A stretch of DNA of 64,000 bases from Methanobacteriota archaeon (GTDB lineage: Archaea > Thermoplasmatota > Thermoplasmata > SG8-5 > DAIRED01), in NCBI GenBank assembly GCA_043799545.1, contig JAZDNO010000006.1, forward strand, positions 3,413 to 67,412, in the 5' to 3' direction. The notes beneath the pieces are model-generated. The model searched no databases, was not told the DNA's origin, and saw nothing but the letters and a program-made list of their open reading frames with translations. Shown piece after piece: positions 45,743-54,866 of the stretch. Numbering within the stretch: position 1 is the first letter of the stretch; each line of letters begins with the position of its first letter. The position numbers and the translations under genes were made by a program.

Positions 45743-45763
45743 GCCGATGACTGATGAAGCGGC
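45743..45763 (+). promoter_or_regulatory. candidate K-turn/K-loop RNA motif in the L7Ae 5' leader: GCCG-AUGACUGAUGAA-GCGGC
   Basis: Stem GCCG/CGGC closes a loop with C-box-like UGAUGA and D-like CUGA elements, ~50 nt upstream of the L7Ae ATG. Confidence 0.4.
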
Positions 45764-45815
45764 GGTCCTCCGGGTGTTTGTCCCGCGCGGGCCTGCCGTG
45801 GAACGAGGTGAAAAT

Positions 45816-46186
45816 ATGGCAAAGCCAATGTACGTAAGGTTCGAGCAGCCGAAGGAGATAACGGACAAGGTCTTCCAGCTAGCGGACGCGGTCCGCGAGA
45901 GCGGGAAGATGCGCAAGGGAACGAACGAAGTCACGAAACTCGTTGAGCGCGGCGACGCCCAGATGGTCATAATGGCCGAGGACGTCTCCCCGGAGGAGAT
46001 ACTGGCCCACATGCCGATACTCTGCGACGAGAAGAACGTGCCCTACGCCTACGTCGCCAGCAAGGCCGACCTGGGCAAGGCCGCCGGGATGGAGAAGCCG
46101 ACGGCGTCCGTTGCGATCATAGACATCGGCAAGGGAAAACCATGCTGGACGAGATCGTCGCCGCCGTCAAGGCGCTGAAGCAGTGA
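45816..46186 (+). CDS. rpl7ae: 50S ribosomal protein L7Ae; apparent +1 frameshift in the A-run near 46137
   Basis: [19 protein letters not shown]...[18 protein letters not shown]...[10 protein letters not shown], then the natural C-terminus [14 protein letters not shown] continues in the +1 frame (46142..46186). RBS GAGGTGA upstream. Confidence 0.8.
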
Positions 46187-46199
46187 GGGGGCGCACCCG

Positions 46200-46409
46200 A
46201 TGGACGCGGACGGAATACCGGCTGAAGTGGTCGAGGTCGTGGGCAGGACCGGGATGACAGGCGAAGCGACGCAGGTCAAGATACGGGTTCTCGACGGCCG
46301 TGACAAGGGCCGAATAATAACCAGGAACGTCATGGGGCCTGTTCAGATAGGCGACGTGCTGGTGCTTAGGGAGACGGCGCGCGAGGCACGGAAGCTCGGC
46401 GTGAGGTGA
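46200..46409 (+). CDS. rps28e: 30S ribosomal protein S28e
   Basis: [60 protein letters not shown]. Confidence 0.9.
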   Translation: MDADGIPAEVVEVVGRTGMTGEATQVKIRVLDGRDKGRIITRNVMGPVQIGDVLVLRETAREARKLGVR

Positions 46410-46984
46410 TTCAAATGGTCGAGAGGAAGAACTGCTCGTTTTGCGGAGGGGAGATCGAGCCCGGGACTGGCTCGATGTTCATACGCAAGGACGGGGTGAC
46501 TTACAACTTCTGCAAGAAGAAGTGCAGGAAGAACCAGATTATACTGGGCAGGATACCCCGAAGGACCCGCTGGACTAAGGCGTTCTGCGACCTGAAGGCT
46601 GCCGGTCTGAGCAAGGAAGCGATGGCCAAGAAGGATGAGGACGACGAAGCAGAAGCGGCGCCCGCCCCGGTCAAACCCAAGGCGTCGAAGAGGCCAGTCA
46701 AGGCCGAGGCTGAGGCGCAGGCCCCTGTGAAGGCGCCATCGCCCGCAGCGGAGCCGAAGAAGAAGACTGCCTACCAGGAGCTGAAGGAGCTGAGGCCCGA
46801 GGTGCCCCAGCAGAAGGCGCCGGAGGCCGCCGGACCGGCGCTGAAGCCAAAGCCGGCAGCATCCAAAGCCCCGGCACAACCCAAACCCGCAAAGCCGGCC
46901 GAGCCGAAGCCCGCCGCGGACAGGCCATCCGAGGCAAAGCCCAAGGCGCCGGCGAAGAAGCCCAAGGCCGAAGCCCCGAAGTAA
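46406..46984 (+). CDS. rpl24e: 50S ribosomal protein L24e with ~125-aa Ala/Pro/Lys/Glu-rich C-terminal extension
   Basis: N-terminal zinc-ribbon [31 protein letters not shown]. Low-complexity PAKPK tail to 192 aa. Confidence 0.8.
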   Translation: MIQMVERKNCSFCGGEIEPGTGSMFIRKDGVTYNFCKKKCRKNQIILGRIPRRTRWTKAFCDLKAAGLSKEAMAKKDEDDEAEAAPAPVKPKASKRPVKAEAEAQAPVKAPSPAAEPKKKTAYQELKELRPEVPQQKAPEAAGPALKPKPAASKAPAQPKPAKPAEPKPAADRPSEAKPKAPAKKPKAEAPK

Positions 46985-46995
46985 TTGGACGGAGC

Positions 46996-47448
46996 ATGAC
47001 TCGCACATTCGCGATGGTCAAGCCCGACGGGGTCCAGCGCGGCCTTGTCGGCGAGGTCGTTGCAAGATTCGAAAGGCGCGGCCTGAAGATTGCCGCGATG
47101 AAGATGATGCAGATATCGCGCGAGCTTGCCGAGCGCCACTACGGGGAACACAAAGGGAAGCCTTTCTACGAACCGCTTGTAGGGTTCATAACCAGCGGAC
47201 CGGTCGTCGCGATGGTGTTGGAAGGCGAGAACGCGGTCCAGGTCGTCAGGGACATGATGGGCAAGACCGACCCGCAGAAGTCCGCACCTGGCACGATACG
47301 GGCGGACTTCGGAATGGCTATGTCCAGGAACATCATCCACGGTTCCGATTCGGACGCGAGCGCGGAGAGGGAAATCGGGCTGTTCTTCAGGCCGGACGAG
47401 CTCATCGCGTATACGAGGATTGACGAGGCCTGGCTGTACGGGAAGTAA
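46996..47448 (+). CDS. ndk: nucleoside diphosphate kinase
   Basis: [21 protein letters not shown] and NIIHGSDS active-site His region. Confidence 0.9.
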   Translation: MTRTFAMVKPDGVQRGLVGEVVARFERRGLKIAAMKMMQISRELAERHYGEHKGKPFYEPLVGFITSGPVVAMVLEGENAVQVVRDMMGKTDPQKSAPGTIRADFGMAMSRNIIHGSDSDASAEREIGLFFRPDELIAYTRIDEAWLYGK

Positions 47449-47469
47449 GTCATCTGAATTTAAAACCGT

Positions 47470-48702
47470 TCACACTATTCTGTTTACCTTTATCAGCGCT
47501 ATCTCGCTCCTCGTCCCCAGCCTCATCGGCGGTCCCCAGGTGCCCGCGCCCGTCGATGTGTAGAGGTGCATCCCCCCACGCTTGTGCAGACCCCTGTATT
47601 CCTTTCCCCAGACGAGCCTGTTGATGCCCGTGAAGGGGAAGAACTGGCCTCCGTGTGTGTGGCCACAGAGCATCAGGTCCACCCCGGCTGCACGTGCATC
47701 CTCCATGCCGTCGGGCTGGTGGAACATCAGGATGACGTACTTCGAAGCGTCTAACGAAATCACGGCTAGTCGCTCCCTCAACTCCGCCGCGCCGCCGTAG
47801 TCCAAGCCGACGACCTGCACGCCGTCGATTGTGACAGCCTCGTTCCGCAATACCCGCACCTTGGTCTTGGCTAGCATCCCCACAACTTCCTCTATTCCCG
47901 CGTAGTACTCGTGGTTGCCAAGGCAGAAAAAGGTTGGCGCGTTCAGCCCGTCCAGCGCGGCGAACGGTTCCTCTTTCGGGTCCATCGGGCTGTCGGCCAG
48001 GTCGCCCGTTATCAGGACCAAATCCGGTTTCGCGTCGTTCGACATCCGGACGAGCTTGCCGAGGCTCTCGGGCCCGTGGGTCGCGCCGACGTGTATGTCG
48101 CTCATGTGGATGATTCTGAGGTCGCGCTTGAGTTTCCCGGAGGTGATTTCAACCTTCCTCAGGACCACGAAATACGGGACGGCCAGGGAGACCATCAAGA
48201 GCCCGACCGTGCCGACTATGAACGCCGGCGCCGCGTAGGCTCGGTCGTAATCCACGAACCATCCTGATATGTCGAAAATCAACGATGCGAAGATGAAATA
48301 GATGAGGAATCCCAGCCAGGCGGACGCGACAAAGTAATAGCCCTTTGTGGCATGGCAGGACCTGGCGGACCTGAGGCCCATCGCTGCTACGAACGAAAGG
48401 GATGACAATACCGTGAAAGCCAGGAAGAATAGTCCGTGCCTCAGCCCGAGCATCGCGAAGAGCCTGGTCAGAACGTAGAGATTGAAAAGGAAGAGCATGC
48501 CGAAGAAGAAGATGAAGAAGACCAGGAATCCGAATATCCTGCCTGGGCCCTGCCTGGCCCACGGCGGAGCGTGGGGGTTGTCCGAATCTTTCTGCGCTTT
48601 GTCTTCGCTCAAGCGGGCGTTTGAGTGCGCGGGGCGATTTAAAGTTGATGCCGCCTTCGCGGGTTTTTCAGGCGAATCCCGTGTATGCGACAAAGACCGC
48701 AC
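47470..48702 (-). CDS. membrane-anchored calcineurin-like metallophosphoesterase
   Basis: N-terminal TM helices, then MPP motifs IHMSDIHVG, GDLAD, GNHEYY, GHTHGGQ. Confidence 0.75.
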   Translation of the reverse strand: MRSLSHTRDSPEKPAKAASTLNRPAHSNARLSEDKAQKDSDNPHAPPWARQGPGRIFGFLVFFIFFFGMLFLFNLYVLTRLFAMLGLRHGLFFLAFTVLSSLSFVAAMGLRSARSCHATKGYYFVASAWLGFLIYFIFASLIFDISGWFVDYDRAYAAPAFIVGTVGLLMVSLAVPYFVVLRKVEITSGKLKRDLRIIHMSDIHVGATHGPESLGKLVRMSNDAKPDLVLITGDLADSPMDPKEEPFAALDGLNAPTFFCLGNHEYYAGIEEVVGMLAKTKVRVLRNEAVTIDGVQVVGLDYGGAAELRERLAVISLDASKYVILMFHQPDGMEDARAAGVDLMLCGHTHGGQFFPFTGINRLVWGKEYRGLHKRGGMHLYTSTGAGTWGPPMRLGTRSEIALIKVNRIV

Positions 48703-50602
48703 CGGCGAAGACGAGCCACGATGTGGCCAGCGACGTGCCAGCTCTCCATTTCAGCTCCACGTCGTCATCTCCGTGCATCAGTCTGGAACAGAAATATGAT
48801 ATCGCAAGAACCATCAGCATCAGATAGGCGCCCACCACCCCTGCGAAGAGCCAGACGGGCATCATCTCCACCCCATCGCCAACGTCTGCGAACGTGCGCG
48901 AAAGCAGCGCGAACAGCCCGACGGTCACTCCCATTATCAGCGGCGCGAAGAGGGTCGCCGTATTGCGCATGTTCTCGGAAATGCCGGAAAGCTGGAGGCG
49001 TATCTCGTGGTCGGTCTTCTGCAAGTCGCGAAGATATCCAGAGAAGTCCATCATCATCTTGCCGGCCGTCCGGGGGTCCATCTCCGCGGACGCAACCACC
49101 GAGCGCAAAGTCGCGCGGATGGTCCTTGAACCGATTTGCCGGAGGGCTCCCAACTCCGGGTCGAAGAGCGCCCTCTCAGGCGAGAGGCCGGACGTTCCCA
49201 TCGCTCCGCCGATGCCTATGAAAAGCTGGCCAATCTCCGAGCCTTTCATCCTTCCGCCCACGAAGGGGAACGCTGCCTCGAGCGGAACCCCCTCCGCGAC
49301 GCGCCTGCCGAGCTGGAAGAGCGCGTCCGGAAACTCTGCCTCCATGTCCATCATGCGTTTTCGCTCGGCGCGGGCGTGGGATGCGATGGACACGAGATGG
49401 TATCCCGCAGGAATCGATATCGCTCCGAGGGCCAGCAAAGCGGCCGCGAGCAGCTCGCCCTCCGAACCGCCGATGGCGATTGCAAGGGCAAGCATGGCCA
49501 ACAGAACGGCAATGGATGCCGGTTTTACGATGCTTGCCTTGCCAGCGGTAACGCGCGCCGGCGATGAGGTGCCAGGCCTCCGTCCTATCACATAATAGGC
49601 ATAGGCGAAGGCGAGACCGGGGAAGGCTACATCCATCAACAAGACCGTGACGACCGCGGTGGCGCGCGGGTCGCCCCCTGTGGATAGGCCCTGTCCGAGG
49701 TTGGAGACGTCGAGCGTTCCGACGGCCATCATCGGAAGCATGGAACCCACGACCAGGGGGAGGAGGATGCCGAGCGCGAAAAGTATTGTTGAGGGGCCCG
49801 AAAGCCCGGCCGCGAACTCCTCGATTCTCCGGCGGGTGCCGGATAGCGCCGACTCCGTTGCCTTTCCGAGAACTCGCTCCCTGCCTTCCTTGCTCTTTTC
49901 CGAGACGGCACCCCTGATTGAATAGAGAGCCATCTTCAGCTCCTCGCCGTCGCCGGACCATTCGGCGGCAAAATCCATGAACGATTCATCGACGCTGAGG
50001 CTCTGCCTGGTCTCCACGTTCCAAATGATCTTCCTGAGCGCGCTCGACAGCGGCTCCTCCCCGTTCTCGGCGGCGAACTTGACTGCCCTCTCGAGCGAGG
50101 GCACGAGGTTGAGCGACATCGCCATGTAGCACACTGTCTCGGGGCTTTTGCCAAGCGAACGGAGCCTGAGCCTTTTCGCCATGGACAGCGGATATTGCGC
50201 AACGACCATGTAGAGTCCGAGCGCTCCCAGCGCCCCGCATGAGAAGACTATTGGCAATTGCCCAACGACGTTCCAACCCATGGCGAAAAAGACGAGCCAT
50301 GACGCAAGAACCCCTGCCGCGAACCCGGCGAGCCCCCCCAATACGGCCAAGGCGTCCGCTTCGTGGGGCTCGACGTCCAGACCAAGAAGCGCAGCGGCCC
50401 TGCGAAATCTATCTCTGTGGAGCCGTTCCCGCGCCCCCATCGTTGCGGTTTTCACCCTCTCGAGCCTCCTGGCGGCGTCCGCATATTCGCGGCTTGCCGG
50501 CCCCCGCAGCTCCTCCGCCCTTGCGACGGCCGAAGAGGCGTCCTGCTCCGCAAGCATGGACTCCCTGAGCCGGGCTTCCAGGTACGAGCGGCGCCTTTCC
50601 AT
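48668..50602 (-). CDS. type IV pilus/archaellum-like secretion platform protein (FlaJ/TadC/GspF-type) with duplicated T2SSF domains
   Basis: Two GspF-like repeats with TM helices. Start chosen at 50602; the longest ORF overlaps the ATPase gene by ~140 nt. Confidence 0.6.
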   Translation of the reverse strand: MERRRSYLEARLRESMLAEQDASSAVARAEELRGPASREYADAARRLERVKTATMGARERLHRDRFRRAAALLGLDVEPHEADALAVLGGLAGFAAGVLASWLVFFAMGWNVVGQLPIVFSCGALGALGLYMVVAQYPLSMAKRLRLRSLGKSPETVCYMAMSLNLVPSLERAVKFAAENGEEPLSSALRKIIWNVETRQSLSVDESFMDFAAEWSGDGEELKMALYSIRGAVSEKSKEGRERVLGKATESALSGTRRRIEEFAAGLSGPSTILFALGILLPLVVGSMLPMMAVGTLDVSNLGQGLSTGGDPRATAVVTVLLMDVAFPGLAFAYAYYVIGRRPGTSSPARVTAGKASIVKPASIAVLLAMLALAIAIGGSEGELLAAALLALGAISIPAGYHLVSIASHARAERKRMMDMEAEFPDALFQLGRRVAEGVPLEAAFPFVGGRMKGSEIGQLFIGIGGAMGTSGLSPERALFDPELGALRQIGSRTIRATLRSVVASAEMDPRTAGKMMMDFSGYLRDLQKTDHEIRLQLSGISENMRNTATLFAPLIMGVTVGLFALLSRTFADVGDGVEMMPVWLFAGVVGAYLMLMVLAISYFCSRLMHGDDDVELKWRAGTSLATSWLVFAGAVFVAYTGFA

Positions 50603-50672
50603 AATGGCCTTGGACGGCCCGAGAATCGTTCCCGCGAAACGCGCGGCGGAAACGAACAATCCGTCCGCCGCT

Positions 50673-52514
50673 TCAGAGCCCCGCGCCCGCGGTCCCTTCA
50701 AACCACTGCCTCCATTTGGAATAGACTGCGTCGTAATCCGGCGCGCCAGACATCTGACCCACGAGGTTCCAGAAATGCGTGTTCGACCTGGCATTCCATT
50801 GGGCCCCCGCAAACTCCGCCGAGCGGGACGAGGCAGCCACTAGCGAATGTTTCAGCTTCGCCCTGACCTCCATGTTTCCCAATAGCTCCGCGTAGGTCAT
50901 CCCCCATCCAGTTGCTATGGCGGCCATCCTTTCCGAATCCCTCCTCAGGTGCTCCGTCTCGACGAGCGAATCGGCGGCATCGTCGTATCGCATCAGCTCC
51001 CTGAAAGCCCCGTCGCCGCCTCCGGATTTTACAACCTCCGAGATTGATGTCACGCGCCTCACTTGGCGCTGCCCCCCTCCCGGCCGGACGAGCCCGCACA
51101 CCACGACGATGTCTGTGGCGTTGAATGATTTCGCAGGAATCCCGAGGTCGTAGACGATGCGCTCGTACACGGAAACCGGGGAATTGCCGTGGATTGTGCC
51201 GAGGACGGACGAGCCCGCGCTGCCAGAGCGCATCGCCTCGTAGAGGGTCTTGGCCTCGCGCCCCCTGACCTCGCCGAGAACTATGGCCGATTCGCCGAGC
51301 CTGAGGGAGACCCGGAGCGCGTCGTCGGCCGTCATCTCCTCAGTTCCACCGAGCGTCGACCTTACGAAAAGGCTCTGGACCTTGTATCCCAGGCGCTGCA
51401 TCTGAGGTCCCGGGAGCTCTAGCGTGTCCTCGATGGTGAGGATTCGCTGCGTTCGCGGGAATTCGAGCATGAGCGCGCTGAGCAGCGAGGACTTGCCCGC
51501 CCCCCTGCTCCCGGCGATGAGTATAGTCGAGCGCCCATCCACCAGCAGCCAAAGCAGTCCCGCCGCTAGGGGCGTGAGGGAGTTTGCCCCGATGAGCCTC
51601 GGCAGGGTCCACGGCTCAGTCGAATGCCTCCGCAAGGCTATCGCCACGCCGTCAGGGCTCAGGGGCTTGCCGACGACGGTGACTCGCGTCTTGAATTGCT
51701 CCAGGTCCGTTTCCAGAACGGGCATGGCCTCGGAGAACGGCCTGCCGCTGGCCAGCCTCATCCGCGAGAGGACGTTCGTTGCTTCGTCCTCTGTCAACAG
51801 TATGTTGGTGGCGCATTTTCCCGAACCGACGTCGACGGGCATGGGGCCCAGAGCCACGTGAACTGGGATGGCGCCGGCCGGCGCGTCAACGTAAACGTCC
51901 TGGATGTAGGGGTCTTCGAGCGGGATTTCCAAAACCCCCAGGCCCACCGTATATCGCGCGAGGACGTCGGCGAGCCTAGCAGACAGCGCGGCCACCTCCG
52001 CCAGGCTCGCACCAGCCACGCCGCCCTTTCGCATCAGAATCCTCATGAGGGCCGACTCTGCTAGGCTCCGTGCCCTCTCGCGCCCGACTCCACCTGCCGC
52101 CTTGGACGCCGTTCCCGGGGGCCTCGCCGCCATCTCCAGCCTCGCCTCGTGAACGAGCCTGTTCTGGTACACGGGCATCCTGAACTCGTCCGGCGTGACG
52201 TGGTAGATGACCTCTCCGGTGTTTGCCACGCGATAAATCCCCACCGTCGCGCCTCCGGCCCGGTACTCAAGAAGCAACGCCCCCTCGGGCGGCTCGGGCA
52301 AGACCCAGGAAGACGAGAAAGACGGCCGCATGCGCCTGCCCTTCGACAGCAGCTTGGCCAGCCCCTTCTCCACCTTTGCGGCATCGAAGTTCCTGGCCGA
52401 GTCATCGACCGAAACGACGCTGCTCTCGCCCCTCGGCTGGATTGTGATGGGCGACCGGATTTGCGCCGCTCTGCCATCCTTTTTCTTTGGACGCAAGACG
52501 ACTCCTCCGCTCAA
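50673..52514 (-). CDS. FlaI/VirB11/CpaF-type secretion ATPase of a type IV pilus-like system
   Basis: Walker A LIAGSRGAGKSS, Asp box TIEDTLEL, His-box LGEVRG, plus FlaI-like N-terminal domain. Confidence 0.8.
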   Translation of the reverse strand: MSGGVVLRPKKKDGRAAQIRSPITIQPRGESSVVSVDDSARNFDAAKVEKGLAKLLSKGRRMRPSFSSSWVLPEPPEGALLLEYRAGGATVGIYRVANTGEVIYHVTPDEFRMPVYQNRLVHEARLEMAARPPGTASKAAGGVGRERARSLAESALMRILMRKGGVAGASLAEVAALSARLADVLARYTVGLGVLEIPLEDPYIQDVYVDAPAGAIPVHVALGPMPVDVGSGKCATNILLTEDEATNVLSRMRLASGRPFSEAMPVLETDLEQFKTRVTVVGKPLSPDGVAIALRRHSTEPWTLPRLIGANSLTPLAAGLLWLLVDGRSTILIAGSRGAGKSSLLSALMLEFPRTQRILTIEDTLELPGPQMQRLGYKVQSLFVRSTLGGTEEMTADDALRVSLRLGESAIVLGEVRGREAKTLYEAMRSGSAGSSVLGTIHGNSPVSVYERIVYDLGIPAKSFNATDIVVVCGLVRPGGGQRQVRRVTSISEVVKSGGGDGAFRELMRYDDAADSLVETEHLRRDSERMAAIATGWGMTYAELLGNMEVRAKLKHSLVAASSRSAEFAGAQWNARSNTHFWNLVGQMSGAPDYDAVYSKWRQWFEGTAGAGL

Positions 52515-53074
52515 TCCGATCCCTCCACTATTCCGTAGGCTTCCCTCAGTATCTCCCGGCAGGATGCGCGGTATTCACTCCAAAGATACGCCAGATCCTT
52601 CTCCGACGAGTTGTAGCACGATTGGCAGGACGGGGAGGGCGGCCCCCTCAACATGGCGGCGCTTGCCCTGCCGATTGCCACCTGCCCCGAACCCACCCCT
52701 CCCGAGAAGCCAGCGGAGCATTCCGCGAAGAGACGCGATGGATTGAGGCGGCATTCCGCGCAGGCTTTGGAATCCGAGGGCGCGGGTCGCCCGGCGAGCC
52801 TTCGGGCTGCCGTTCCGATGCGTCTCAGTCTCTCCATCGCCTCAAGTCCCGGACCGGCATATTCTGTTTCCAAATAGCCCGCCAGGACAATGGAGTCAAG
52901 CGACGAAACGTCGGCTATCGCAGACGTGACCCCGCGCCAGCAAACGCGGGATGCCAGATCCGATTCGCGGGCGCAGCCCTTGCAATCGAATACTGCGCTC
53001 AATCCCCCGTGCGACTCTCTCATTTCGACTAGGCAAGACTCGTTTACTCCTTGCGGATGGCCCTTCTTCCCCAT
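52511..53074 (-). CDS. Cys-rich hypothetical protein; first gene of the pilus-ATPase operon
   Basis: CKGC...CAEC...CQSC pairs, no TM helix. Overlaps the ATPase start by 4 nt. Confidence 0.3.
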   Translation of the reverse strand: MGKKGHPQGVNESCLVEMRESHGGLSAVFDCKGCARESDLASRVCWRGVTSAIADVSSLDSIVLAGYLETEYAGPGLEAMERLRRIGTAARRLAGRPAPSDSKACAECRLNPSRLFAECSAGFSGGVGSGQVAIGRASAAMLRGPPSPSCQSCYNSSEKDLAYLWSEYRASCREILREAYGIVEGSD

Positions 53075-53167
53075 GGCTCTCGACAGCCCCCCAATGCATT
53101 TTTGTTATAAATTCTTTAGCGCCAGGGAAAGGCATATATCGGGCAAGCCGTTAAGGGAATAGATAAG

Positions 53168-54856
53168 ATGAAGGACGTAAAAGAGCGGATAGAAGGCTCC
53201 TTTCGATTGATAGCCTTCAGACGCATGAAGAGACGCATCTTTCTGTTGGAAGTCGTGATGCTGCTGATTCTAGCATTCGGGCTCATGGCAATCATGGGGG
53301 CGTCCCTGAACCCGTTCTACATGCCGATGGACTACTTTCTTTTGATGATTTTCGTGCTCCTGATGCTGCTCGTTCCGGAGACGCAGTATCTCGGGCTTCT
53401 GGAGATTGCCCAGACGAAGAGCAAGAGCGGCAAGTATCTCATGGCCAGGAACAACGTCAGGAACGCCACGGTCGTGATAGTGCTGTGCGTCATGTTCGTG
53501 GTAATGTTCGCGCTGCCCCCGTCGGTCAAGGCCATGGAGAGCGGATACACGGTAAGCGAGACCGTATACGTGAACCCGGGAGACGAAGCGGTGTTCAATT
53601 ACACCACGAGGGACTCGATGGGCACCAGGACGGTGATGGACGTAAGGGTTTATGTGGCGGACGCCGTGGGCGGCGACCTGTCGATATACCTGCTGCGAGC
53701 CGAGGATTACGAAGCTGGCGAGCTCGCCAACCGGGCCAACTACGACTTCTCATGGCACGAAGGCGATACGCTCGTCTACTCGTCAGGGCAGTGGCACAAG
53801 GGTTTCGAGCAATTCGTCATTCAAGCGAACGGCACGAGCCCGGCGGCCAGCGGGAGGATAGAGATAGGGATTACCTACGAATTCTCAGAGGCCGTGACGA
53901 AATACATGCCCCTCCTCGGAATCATTTTCATAGTCGTCGAGGGCCTGACAGTTTCATATTTCCTGCCGATACGGGAGAAGTACGCCTCCAGCTCGATATT
54001 CAGCAAGGACTATGTCGAATCCAAGGACTCCGGCGCTGAAAGGCTGAGCGAGCGCGCGGCGGCCTTGGACAAGGCGCTCAGCGAGGACGAGATTGCCAAG
54101 GAGGCTGAGCTTTCGGAGACTGCCGTTCCGATGGAGATGCCCGTCGCTGCCGTCGAGGTCAAACTGGGCCAGGCCAGGAAGAAGGGCGTTCTCGAAGTGG
54201 CTGGGGCCGAGGCGAAGGATGTCGCTTGCTCGACGTGCGGCTCGATGAACAGCCCCGACTCTTCGCTGTGCTTTTCGTGCGGAAACGCGATAGAGGTCAA
54301 GCCAACGGTCACGGTTGGACCGGAAGAGCTCATGGAAAAGGGCAGGTCTTTCCTCTCCCGGGGGCGAAACCAGGATGCGATATGGTGCTTCGACGAGGTG
54401 CTAAAGGGGGACCACAAGAACGAGCCCGCCCTGTTCATGAAGGCCAAGGCGCTCGTCGGCGACGGGCGCAGGGAGCTGGCAATCCAATATCTGAACACAG
54501 TCATCCAGCTCAACCCCGTCAATCAGGAGGCCCACCTCATGCGCGGGGCGATATTCGAGGGCCTGGAGATGTACGACAAAGCCACGGACAGCTATGAGAA
54601 AGCGCTGGGCATAGGCCCGAGCGAACTGGCGGCGGCCAAGCTGAAGGAAATGATGGAAGGCGACCGCGAAGACGTCATCAATCAGTTCATGACCCTGCCG
54701 GGAATAGGCCCCGCGAAGGCCAGCGCACTATTCGATGCGGGGCTCACCAGCGTGGAAGCCCTCAAGGGCGCGAGCCTGGAGAAGCTCTGCACAATCAAGG
54801 GGATAAGCGAGCGCATAGCGAAGAAGCTTCTCAAGGACATGGGCCGCGAAATCTAG
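53168..54856 (+). CDS. membrane protein with Zn-ribbon, TPR repeats and C-terminal tandem helix-hairpin-helix (HhH) domain
   Basis: N-terminal TM helices. CSTCGSMNSPDSSLCFSCG ribbon. TPR units. HhH motifs LPGIGPAKASALFDAGL and IKGISERIAKKLL. Confidence 0.55.
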   Translation: MKDVKERIEGSFRLIAFRRMKRRIFLLEVVMLLILAFGLMAIMGASLNPFYMPMDYFLLMIFVLLMLLVPETQYLGLLEIAQTKSKSGKYLMARNNVRNATVVIVLCVMFVVMFALPPSVKAMESGYTVSETVYVNPGDEAVFNYTTRDSMGTRTVMDVRVYVADAVGGDLSIYLLRAEDYEAGELANRANYDFSWHEGDTLVYSSGQWHKGFEQFVIQANGTSPAASGRIEIGITYEFSEAVTKYMPLLGIIFIVVEGLTVSYFLPIREKYASSSIFSKDYVESKDSGAERLSERAAALDKALSEDEIAKEAELSETAVPMEMPVAAVEVKLGQARKKGVLEVAGAEAKDVACSTCGSMNSPDSSLCFSCGNAIEVKPTVTVGPEELMEKGRSFLSRGRNQDAIWCFDEVLKGDHKNEPALFMKAKALVGDGRRELAIQYLNTVIQLNPVNQEAHLMRGAIFEGLEMYDKATDSYEKALGIGPSELAAAKLKEMMEGDREDVINQFMTLPGIGPAKASALFDAGLTSVEALKGASLEKLCTIKGISERIAKKLLKDMGREI

Positions 54857-54866
54857 GGGGGCTGGC

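Noticed and set aside
45747-46178. L7Ae ORF starting at 45747 (MTDEAAV...)
   Set aside because: The first ATGs fall inside the K-loop-like AUGACUGAUGAA element. Conserved L7Ae begins at MAKPMYV (45816) with a GAGGTGA RBS.
52511-53074. Assigning the Cys-rich first gene of the pilus operon as a prepilin peptidase or FlaH
   Set aside because: No TM helices (prepilin peptidases are polytopic) and no Walker motifs (FlaH is RecA-like). It is left as hypothetical.
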